Shown: positions 31,777-38,971 of the stretch, in pieces
Numbering within the stretch: the first letter of the stretch is position 1
Layout: the number at the start of each line of letters is the position of its first letter
IMG/VR virus record: IMGVR_UViG_3300036805_000160
Location: 1-43,886 of that record
DNA length: 43,886 nt
Source: a virus
Taxonomy: Duplodnaviria; Caudoviricetes
Reading direction: 5' to 3' (one strand)
Translations under genes and position numbers: made by a program
The notes under the pieces: generated by a model
What the model saw: only the letters and a program-made list of their open reading frames with translations
Databases searched by the model: none
What the model was told of the DNA's origin: nothing

Positions 31777-33824
31777 GCAACCTTCCCGCGATCCCGGACG
31801 ACGGCGACCCCGCCGTCCGGGACACGCACTACGACGTCGCGATCGACCCCGAACCGGCCCCGGCGCCCGCCGCCCCAGTGGATCCGCTACCGGTGCGTGA
31901 GGACCGGCTGCCGGTCATCCCGCAGCAGCTGCGCGGCGCCGCGAACATCAAGGCCACGGTCGCGCGGGTGGGCGGCCGTCACTGGCACATCGCCCGCTAC
32001 CACGGCCTCCGGTTCCCGGCGTACCTGCTCACCGGCGCCGGGTGGGCCGTCGTCGGGGTGCTGCGCCTGACCGGCCGCCAGCTCGCGTGGTGGCATCTGC
32101 TGGAGCAGCACCACCTCCGGTCCGAGGCCGCCGCGGCGGGTGACTCCCGTGAGTGGATGAAGCTGCACAAGGAAGCGAAGGAAACCCGCCGGGTGCGGGG
32201 CCTGATCCTCGCCGGTGAGGCGGCGGCGCTGGCGCTCGCCGCGGTGGCGATGTGGCGGTATTCCCCCTGGTGGGGGTGGGCGCTGCTGGCTTGCGTGCTG
32301 CTGCCGCTGCTCGCGCGGGCAGGGCGGCCAGCAGACCGGCGGATCATCTCGTCCGCGGTGGTGACGCCGCGGTTCCGGCGGCTGAACGCCGACATCGTGC
32401 TCCGCGCCTACTACGCGGCCGGGCTCGGCCACCCGGAGAAACCCGGCATGCAGATCACCTTCGGGTCCACGATGCAGCGCGACGGCGAAGGCTCCCGCGT
32501 CCTCGTGGACCTGCCGTACGGGCTCGGCCTCGACGACGCGCTGAAAGCCAAACCGGGCATCGCGTCCGGCCTCGACGTCACCGTGTCGCAGGTGTTCCTG
32601 CACCGCGACCCCACCTCCCACCGCCGCCACGCGCTGTGGGTCGCCGACCGCGACCCCCTGGCGGTCCCCGTCGGGCGGACGCCGCTGCTCGCGTGCAAGC
32701 AGGCCGACATCTGGAAGGCGGCGCCGGTCGGCCTCGACGAACGCGGGCAGCTCGTCGCCGTCCCGCTGATGTGGAACAGCGTGCTGGTGTCCGCGCTGCC
32801 CCGGGCCGGAAAGACGTTCTCCGCGCGGCTCCTCGGCCTGTACTGCGCCCTCGACCCGTACGTGCGGCTCGACGTGTTCGACGCGAAAGGCTCCCCCGAC
32901 TGGCGGAAGTTCGCCCTGGTCGCCGACTCGTGCGCGTTCGGGCTGACGCCGACCAGGGACGGGCTGCCGCCGGAGATCCTCCGCGACACCCTCCTCCGCA
33001 TCAAGGACGACGTGCAGGACCGCTACCGCCGCCTGTCGGAGATGCCCGCCGACATCTGCCCGGAGGGGAAGCTGACCAGGGCCATCGCCCGCAACCCGCG
33101 CTACCGGATGCCGATCCGGGTGCTGATCCTCGAGGAGTTCCAGGAGTACTACGACCTCGGCGACATCTCGAAGGAGATATCGGCGCTGCTGACGTTCCTG
33201 GTCAAGGTCGCCCCCGGCGCCGGGGTGATCCTGATCGGCTCGACGCAGCGGCCGTCGGGGATCGGGACGGGTGAGGTGGCGCGGCAGTTCACGAACTTCC
33301 GCGACAACTTCGCCGTCCGTTTCGGCCTCCGCACCTCAAGCTGGCAGGTGTCGGAGCTGTGCCTGGGCGCCGGTGCCTACTCCGAGGGCCTGGATAGCTC
33401 CACGCTGCTGCCGCAGTACAAGGGTGTCGGCATTTTGCGCGGCGCGACCGACCATTCCCCGACGGTCCGCACCTACCTCGCCGACGGGAAAGACGCGGAG
33501 CGGATCCTGACCGCCGCGAGGGAGCACCGGCAGGCCGCGGGGACGCTGTCGGGGATGGCGCTCGGCGAGGCCGACCCGGAGACCCGGGACGTGCTGGCCG
33601 ACGTGCTGGCGGTGTTCGGCGGGGACAGCGGCCTGCACTGGCCGGTGCTCGCCGCCCGGCTGGAGGCGCAGCTGCCTGCCCGGTGGGCGGAGGCGACCGG
33701 CGAGTCCGTCAGCGCGCAGGTCCGTAGCCTCGGCGTCGGCTCGGTGGATGTGAAGCAGTTCGGCCGGGTGCTGAAGGGGTGCCGCAGGGCCGATATCGAG
33801 GCTGTGCGGGGTGGTGGCGGGTGA
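31767..33824 (+). CDS. traB: TraB-type FtsK/SpoIIIE conjugative DNA translocase
   Basis: N-terminal TM segments, P-loop 'ALPRAGKT', 'DAKG', Walker B 'LILEEFQE', 'STQRP', and C-terminal wHTH 'DVLADVLAVF...VSAQVRSLGV...GCRRADI'. Start reassigned to ATG 31767. Confidence 0.9.
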   Translation: MELSNLPAIPDDGDPAVRDTHYDVAIDPEPAPAPAAPVDPLPVREDRLPVIPQQLRGAANIKATVARVGGRHWHIARYHGLRFPAYLLTGAGWAVVGVLRLTGRQLAWWHLLEQHHLRSEAAAAGDSREWMKLHKEAKETRRVRGLILAGEAAALALAAVAMWRYSPWWGWALLACVLLPLLARAGRPADRRIISSAVVTPRFRRLNADIVLRAYYAAGLGHPEKPGMQITFGSTMQRDGEGSRVLVDLPYGLGLDDALKAKPGIASGLDVTVSQVFLHRDPTSHRRHALWVADRDPLAVPVGRTPLLACKQADIWKAAPVGLDERGQLVAVPLMWNSVLVSALPRAGKTFSARLLGLYCALDPYVRLDVFDAKGSPDWRKFALVADSCAFGLTPTRDGLPPEILRDTLLRIKDDVQDRYRRLSEMPADICPEGKLTRAIARNPRYRMPIRVLILEEFQEYYDLGDISKEISALLTFLVKVAPGAGVILIGSTQRPSGIGTGEVARQFTNFRDNFAVRFGLRTSSWQVSELCLGAGAYSEGLDSSTLLPQYKGVGILRGATDHSPTVRTYLADGKDAERILTAAREHRQAAGTLSGMALGEADPETRDVLADVLAVFGGDSGLHWPVLAARLEAQLPARWAEATGESVSAQVRSLGVGSVDVKQFGRVLKGCRRADIEAVRGGGG

Positions 33825-33827
33825 TGG

Positions 33828-33939
33828 CCGCTACCCGCTACCGCGCAGGCCACGGCGCTGCGGTGACGCGACCGGTTCACCGGCGGCCGCTACCTTCGCA
33901 GGTCAGAGACGGTAGCGCGGCCGCGACCCGGGGTAGCGG
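33828..33939. repeat. clt-like cluster of 8-bp repeats downstream of traB
   Basis: CCGCTACC at 33828, 33835 and 33887; inverted copies GGTAGCGC at 33911 and GGTAGCGG at 33932. Confidence 0.6.
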
Positions 33940-33942
33940 CTG

Positions 33943-34113
33943 ATGGCCGGCCCGCAGCGGCACAACTACCGCACCTGCCGCGACAAGGAATGCCGACGGC
34001 TGGCGTGCGAGGCGTACCGGCAAGGCCGCGACGACGGCTACCAAGACGGCTACGGCGAGGGGCTCGACGAGGGCCTGCGCTCATGCCCGGGCCCGCACGG
34101 AGGTGGACCGTGA
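33943..34113 (+). CDS. Small protein (56 aa, not in the ORF track)
   Basis: MAGPQRHNYRTCRDKECRRLACEAYRQGRDDGYQDGYGEGLDEGLRSCPGPHGGGP*, with a GTGA overlap into the next gene. Confidence 0.6.
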   Translation: MAGPQRHNYRTCRDKECRRLACEAYRQGRDDGYQDGYGEGLDEGLRSCPGPHGGGP

Positions 34114-34376
34114 CTGTGTTCTGGATCGTTGTCGCCGCGGCGGCGGCGTACACGGTGTCGCTGTACGCGTGGCCGTTCCGGCCGTGCCTGCGCTGCGGCG
34201 GCACCGGCCGCAACAAGGGCAGCACGCGGAAGCGGTTCGGGACGTGCCGGGCGTGCGGTGGTGCTGGGCGTAAGCAGCGGCTCGGGTCGAGGTTCGTGCA
34301 TCACACGGTGCTGTCGGTGATCGCTGAGCGGCGCCGGGCCCGTGAGAAGCGCGGCAGGTCGAAGGGAGAGCTATGA
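34110..34376 (+). CDS. TM plus DnaJ-type zinc-finger protein (typical of actinomycete tra regions)
   Basis: 'WPFRPCLRCGGTG...CRACGGAGRKQRLG' after an N-terminal TM. GGAGG RBS. Confidence 0.75.
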   Translation: MTVFWIVVAAAAAYTVSLYAWPFRPCLRCGGTGRNKGSTRKRFGTCRACGGAGRKQRLGSRFVHHTVLSVIAERRRAREKRGRSKGEL

Positions 34377-34723
34377 AAGCCGACGGTGCCCACTCCCACG
34401 GCGGCGGCGGGGTCGCGGCTGGTTTCGCCGCGCTCGTGGCCGTGGCGTTCGTGGTCGAGGTGCTGGCGGACTGGCTGTGGCTGATGCTCGCCTGCACGGT
34501 GGCGGCCGGGGCTGGGCTGGTGGTCCTGGGCGTCCGGTTGAACCGCGGGCAGGCTGCGGCGCCGTTGCGGGTGTCCCGGCCACCGGCGGCGCTGCCGCGC
34601 GGCGTGCAGGCTGTCTCAGGCCGCCGCGCCGGGGAACTGCCGCAGGTCGTTCACTATCACCAGCATCTCCACGTGCACCCGGCTGAGCTTGCCGGTAACC
34701 CTGACCCAAAGGAGAATCCGTAG
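34373..34723 (+). CDS. Spd-like small membrane protein
   Basis: Two TM segments and a C-terminal 'VVHYHQHLHVH' motif. ATGA coupling. Confidence 0.65.
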   Translation: MKADGAHSHGGGGVAAGFAALVAVAFVVEVLADWLWLMLACTVAAGAGLVVLGVRLNRGQAAAPLRVSRPPAALPRGVQAVSGRRAGELPQVVHYHQHLHVHPAELAGNPDPKENP

Positions 34724-34725
34724 AC

Positions 34726-34968
34726 ATGAAGTTCTGGCGCTGGCTGACAGCCCGCGTGACGCTGCGCCCGCGGCGCTCTACCATCGTTCTCTGGTTCCTG
34801 CTGTTCGAGTTCAGCAACGGCATTGACCACCTGCTCGCCACCTACAGCCGCCCGTTGCAGGCCATTGACACATGGGCGATCGGTGTCATGGTCGTCGTCG
34901 GCATCGTGCTGTTCGCCTGGATCTGGTACAGCGGCCGGGACGCCAGGGCAGCGCGCCGCAGCAGGTAG
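34726..34968 (+). CDS. Small two-TM membrane protein
   Basis: AAAGGAG RBS. Converges on the endolysin stop with a 4-nt gap. Confidence 0.65.
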   Translation: MKFWRWLTARVTLRPRRSTIVLWFLLFEFSNGIDHLLATYSRPLQAIDTWAIGVMVVVGIVLFAWIWYSGRDARAARRSR

Positions 34969-34972
34969 CCTG

Positions 34973-35860
34973 CTACGCCAGTTTGACGGGCTGCTGCCAG
35001 CCGGTCTCCGGGGCGTGCCACGTGTCCTCCCAGTCGTGCCCGTCGCCGCCGATTCCCTCGAGGTAGGCGACCTGGACGCTGTTCTCGGTGCGCCACCCGG
35101 CGGCGACCAGCGCCGCCCAGGTGCCGGGCGGCATGTCCCGGTTCACCGTTTTGCCGGTGGCGTCTTTCTGGACGTGGACGGCGGCGCCGGACTGGAGGAG
35201 GACGTAGATGTCGCTGCCGCCGCCGGGGCGGGTTGCTGTGATGCGGTCCATGATGGGCTCCCTGATGGGTGCGGGTGCGGGTGCGGGGCGGGGGAATTGG
35301 CCGAAGTCGGGCTGCAGCGCGACGTCTGCGTCGCATTCCACGCCGCCGACGGTGATCTTGGCGCCCTGCTGGATGTGGCGGCGCGGGTCGGTGTTGCCGC
35401 CGGACCAGGCGATGGTCTGCCACGCCCATACGGCTTTCCCGGCGTCGAGGGCGCGGCTCACCGGCCAGTAGCCGCCGTAGATGCCGGTCCGGGGGCGGCC
35501 GATGACCGACGCGGCGCCGTCGAGGTAGGCGCCGATCTGCGCCTGCTGGGCTTCGGTGGCGTCCCAGTCGGCGGCGAAGTAGATGGGCACGGTCCCGAGT
35601 TTGCATCTGCGGGCCTGCATGTCAGCGGCAGCGGCGTCCGCTGCCCCGCCCGCGTAGCCGCGGAGCATGTCCTGCGCGCCGGACTCCCACACCACGACGA
35701 TCGAGATCCCAGCTTGCCATAGGGCGTTAGCCTCGGCGGCTGTGAGGTTCTTGCTGACGTCGGCGGACAGGTAGCGGCAGGCGAACTGGATGCCTGCGGC
35801 TTTGAGCGCGGAGACGGGCGGGTGGGTCCAGGCGTAGTCGAGGCCCTGAGTAATGGTCAT
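34973..35860 (-). CDS. Endolysin, DUF1906 (Rv2525c/GH25-like) glycoside hydrolase
   Basis: 'GLDY...AGIQFACRYLS...KNLT..E...VVVWE...PIYFAAD...GIYGG...WQTIAWSGG', then a Pro-Ala linker and a C-terminal domain. Confidence 0.85.
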   Translation of the reverse strand: MTITQGLDYAWTHPPVSALKAAGIQFACRYLSADVSKNLTAAEANALWQAGISIVVVWESGAQDMLRGYAGGAADAAAADMQARRCKLGTVPIYFAADWDATEAQQAQIGAYLDGAASVIGRPRTGIYGGYWPVSRALDAGKAVWAWQTIAWSGGNTDPRRHIQQGAKITVGGVECDADVALQPDFGQFPRPAPAPAPIREPIMDRITATRPGGGSDIYVLLQSGAAVHVQKDATGKTVNRDMPPGTWAALVAAGWRTENSVQVAYLEGIGGDGHDWEDTWHAPETGWQQPVKLA

Positions 35861-36362
35861 GATCGGCAATCCTATGGCTGGCAGGTGTCATGGCGGCGGC
35901 GGCCGGTGGCGTGCTGGTGTGGGTGGCGGAGAGGCAGAGCTGGACGAGGACCGTGACGCACACATGCGGCGGCGGTGCAGACGGTGGCGGCGTGGGCGGC
36001 GGGGCGGGGGCAGGCTGCGGCGGCGGCGCTGGGGCGGGCTGCGGGGCTGGTTGCTGCTGGGGTCCCGGCTGGGACGCGGGCGGGCCGCCTCCGATGCCTG
36101 CCGGGGGCGGCGCGGTACCGGGGCGGCCGGTTCCGGGGCGGCCGGTGCGGGCGGGCCGCCGCGGCGCGGGCGGCGCCGGGGGCGGGCTGGGCGTCCCCCC
36201 CGGATGCGGGGCGGCGTGCGGCGCGGACGGCGGCCGATAGCCGGGGACCGGCAAGTTGGGGCCGCCGCCGGTCAGCCACGCCGGGACCGCGGCCACCGCC
36301 AGGAAGAACGCCCACAGCGCGGCGAACCGCGCCAGGCGGCTAGCCCGGCCGGTCCCGGTCAT
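35727..36362 (-). CDS. Membrane-anchored proline-rich protein in the lysis cassette
   Basis: N-terminal TM, a long Pro-rich linker and 'VCVTVLVQLCL'. The 3' end overlaps the endolysin gene. Confidence 0.55.
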   Translation of the reverse strand: MTGTGRASRLARFAALWAFFLAVAAVPAWLTGGGPNLPVPGYRPPSAPHAAPHPGGTPSPPPAPPAPRRPARTGRPGTGRPGTAPPPAGIGGGPPASQPGPQQQPAPQPAPAPPPQPAPAPPPTPPPSAPPPHVCVTVLVQLCLSATHTSTPPAAAAMTPASHRIADHDHYSGPRLRLDPPARLRAQSRRHPVRLPLPVRRRQQEPHSRRG

Positions 36363-36684
36363 TCTCCTGCTCCCCCGGGGTCCGGGCGAGCCTCGTCCAG
36401 ATGACGATCCGCCATGCCATCACCGGGGTTATCGCGCCGATGAGGACCACGTCCACCCAGGCTGTGACCAGCGAATCGAGCCGGTTCAGCTTGAAGAACA
36501 AGGCGAGGGTGGTCGGCACCAGCAGCGCGGAGACGACGACGGCGTTGACGACGATCGTCCGCCCCACCGGGTTCCCCCACCAGCGGGCGAGGCGCGTGTA
36601 CACGGCGACCCAGGTGAACGTGGACAGGAACCCGGAGATGAGGAACGTCCGCAGCAGCAGGGTGAGGAGCTGGTCCTGGCTCAC
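36340..36684 (-). CDS. Putative holin
   Basis: Three TM segments with 'YTRLARWWGNPVGR'. GTGA coupling; upstream of the endolysin. Confidence 0.7.
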   Translation of the reverse strand: MSQDQLLTLLLRTFLISGFLSTFTWVAVYTRLARWWGNPVGRTIVVNAVVVSALLVPTTLALFFKLNRLDSLVTAWVDVVLIGAITPVMAWRIVIWTRLARTPGEQENDRDRPG

Positions 36685-36887
36685 GGCCGCCCCTCCCGCA
36701 GCTGCCGGGCGATCAGCGCGGCGAAGTGGTCGCGTGACTCCAGCTCGTCGAGGCGGCGGGTGACCTCGCGGGCTTCGGCGAGTTTGGCTTCCTGCTCCTG
36801 GCGCAGGCGGGCGGCCCGGGCGGCGGCCCGGGCGCTGGCCTCCGCCGCGTCGCCGGCGCGGGTGCGCTTGCGGCGCCGGAATATCAC
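36681..36887 (-). CDS. Small coiled-coil lysis-cassette protein
   Basis: 'VIFRRRKR...SRDHFAALIARQLR'. GTGA coupling at both ends. Confidence 0.65.
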   Translation of the reverse strand: MIFRRRKRTRAGDAAEASARAAARAARLRQEQEAKLAEAREVTRRLDELESRDHFAALIARQLREGRP

Positions 36888-37156
36888 GGCTGCGGGCTCC
36901 CGGCGTGGAGCGCCTGCAGGATCGACGCGGTGAGCTCCCCGGCGCGGGTCCCGGCGTCGGCCCGCGCGTTCGCCAGCTCGAGGGCCTGCTGGAGCTGGTC
37001 GCCACGCCGTTTCTCCTGCTGCCATGCCTCCTCCATCCGCCCGAATTCGGCGTGGGAGTGGAGTTTCCCCGTGGCGAGCGCCCATCCTGCGACGGCGAGG
37101 ACGACGAGGGCGCCGCCGCCGCCGGTGACGAGGCTGAGGTAGTCGCCGGGGTTCAA
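36884..37156 (-). CDS. TM plus coiled-coil lysis-cassette membrane protein
   Basis: TTG start overlapping the tail gene stop. One TM segment followed by a coiled coil. Confidence 0.65.
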   Translation of the reverse strand: MNPGDYLSLVTGGGGALVVLAVAGWALATGKLHSHAEFGRMEEAWQQEKRRGDQLQQALELANARADAGTRAGELTASILQALHAGSPQP

Positions 37157-38967
37157 CTGGATACCCAGACGAGTTCGCCGTGGGACTGGCGCCCGGCGGT
37201 CACGGACGTGTTCAGCGTCCCGGAGGCGGTGCCGTATGTGGCGCCGCCGAACTGGATCGTGTCCCCGGCGCGCAGGTAGTAGAGGCCGAGGGCGGTGGCG
37301 CCGGGGTTGCCCGCCGTGGGTGCGTACTGCTGCTGGTAGGTGTCCCACGTGTTCGACCCGTGGGGGGTGACGCCGAGGAGGGCGGCGTTGACGGGGGAGG
37401 TGGTGAGGGTGGCGGCGGTCATCTGGAATTCGCTGCAGGCGAGGTACCAGCCGGGTTTCACGCAGGTGTAGGTGCTGGTGCCGTTCCACCCGGAGTAGTT
37501 GTCGCCGTTGTCGCCGTGGACGATGCCGGTGTTGTTGCCCAGGGTGAGCGCGGTGCTGGTGCTCTGTGTCATCGCCTGCGCGGTGGTCTGGTAGCCCATG
37601 AAGTAGGGCCGTTTGGTGAGGAACGTCAGATCCTGGCCGAGGTGGAGCTGCAGCAGCGGCGACAGGTCGGGGGGGGTTCCGGCGGCCCACCGGAACGTGG
37701 TGTCGGGGGGGTCTGGCAGCGGGGAGGGGACGCCCTGCGACGACAGCCACAGCATGACGAGCCGGGAGTCCCCGTACGCCTGGGACGTGAACCAGGTGTT
37801 CAGCGCGGCGCCGGAGAACTGGGACACGGTCACCAGCACGGTGTCCCCGGCGTTGAGGGAGAAGATCTGCGTTTTGGTGGCGGTGATCTGGCCGAAGCCG
37901 CCGGCGGCGCCTTGGGACTGCGGCCCGAAGTAGGTGGTGCCGTTGATGGTGACGCCGCAGTTGAAGGCGCTGCCCGCGGAGTTCGCGGAGGTGTACTGGG
38001 CGTGCACCAGGTAGAGGCCGGGACGCTGCACGGTGTAGGTGTGGGTGGTTCCGTTCCAGCCGGCGAACGTGGTGTCGACTGGGTAGCCGGAGCCGAGCGC
38101 GAGGGTCGTGTTGGTGGCGTTGGGGATGGACTGGGCGGCGTCGACGGAGACACGCAGCGCGGGCACTATGTAGAGGGCCTGCAGGACGCTGCCGTAGGCG
38201 TTCATGATCGCGGAGGTGACCTGGTCGGCGGGTGCCCAGGATGTTTTGATCGCGGGGATCGAGGAGGGGGCGGTGCCGGAGTCGGGGAAGGCCCACATCG
38301 ACTGGAAGCGGGTGACGCCGCCGGAGCCGTCGCCGCCGCCGAGCAGGGTGATCGCCGCGGACTGGCTGTTGTCGGCGCCGGGGGCGAGGGGCTGGCCGCT
38401 GGTGCCGGGCATGTTGACCAGGTCGATGAACATGGTGCCGAGGCCGCCGGATGCGGCGCCGCGCTGCACGGTGCCCCCGGCGGCGGGGGGGCCGCCGCTG
38501 GTGACGGCGTACTGGAACAGGGCGGCCGCGATGGAGTTCCCCGACGCGGTGGTGGATTCGATGAAGGAGGAGACGAGGTGCCACCCGCCGCCCTGGCTGT
38601 CGGCCAGGCCGTTCTCCCCGTTGACGACGGCGTTGACCCACCCCCACGACCCGGGGTCCATGGGACTCCCGTAGTCGGCGGCGGTGTCGGCGGTCACGTA
38701 GGCGAAGGTGGTGACCCCGCCGGAGCCGGTGGAGTTGGTGGTGAACGGCGCCACCCACCCCCCGGCGGCGGCGGAGACGTTCGCCCGCGGGTACGCCTTG
38801 TAGACGGGTTTGCGGCCGTGGAACAGGATCCCGTTCGGGTTGTAGAGGCCGGGCGGGAACGACAGCGGCCCGGTGATCCCGACACCCTCGTACACGTAGT
38901 AGTCGTTGTTCAGCCGCGCGGGGGTGACGTAGTCGCCCGTCTGGTAGGTGTAGGGAGGCAGCGGCAC
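37153..38967 (-). CDS. Minor tail / receptor-binding protein with tandem C1q-like beta domains
   Basis: Repeated 'W.AG..VT...MN' linkers and 'YTVQRPGLYLV...LNAGDTV' / 'YTCVKPGWYL...LRAGDTI' modules. Confidence 0.75.
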   Translation of the reverse strand: MPLPPYTYQTGDYVTPARLNNDYYVYEGVGITGPLSFPPGLYNPNGILFHGRKPVYKAYPRANVSAAAGGWVAPFTTNSTGSGGVTTFAYVTADTAADYGSPMDPGSWGWVNAVVNGENGLADSQGGGWHLVSSFIESTTASGNSIAAALFQYAVTSGGPPAAGGTVQRGAASGGLGTMFIDLVNMPGTSGQPLAPGADNSQSAAITLLGGGDGSGGVTRFQSMWAFPDSGTAPSSIPAIKTSWAPADQVTSAIMNAYGSVLQALYIVPALRVSVDAAQSIPNATNTTLALGSGYPVDTTFAGWNGTTHTYTVQRPGLYLVHAQYTSANSAGSAFNCGVTINGTTYFGPQSQGAAGGFGQITATKTQIFSLNAGDTVLVTVSQFSGAALNTWFTSQAYGDSRLVMLWLSSQGVPSPLPDPPDTTFRWAAGTPPDLSPLLQLHLGQDLTFLTKRPYFMGYQTTAQAMTQSTSTALTLGNNTGIVHGDNGDNYSGWNGTSTYTCVKPGWYLACSEFQMTAATLTTSPVNAALLGVTPHGSNTWDTYQQQYAPTAGNPGATALGLYYLRAGDTIQFGGATYGTASGTLNTSVTAGRQSHGELVWVSS

Positions 38968-38971
38968 GCCT

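Noticed and set aside
17751-33906. CTGACCTG(C/G) motif present at both the origin (17751) and the clt-like region (about 33898, reverse strand)
   Set aside because: It is a short motif that also occurs in coding regions, and enrichment cannot be established by eye.
34705-34711. Third slippery-like heptamer C CCA AAG whose -1 frame runs into the 34726 ORF
   Set aside because: The same bases form the AAAGGAG Shine-Dalgarno of the 34726 ATG, which is the simpler explanation. A frameshift is not excluded.
30158-34968. Independent AICE inserted into the phage
   Set aside because: I found no second integrase, AICE replication gene or flanking direct repeats, so the module appears to be part of the phage.
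35960-36240. Low-complexity GGC/GGG repeats
   Set aside because: They are explained by the polyproline codons of the 35727-36362 gene.
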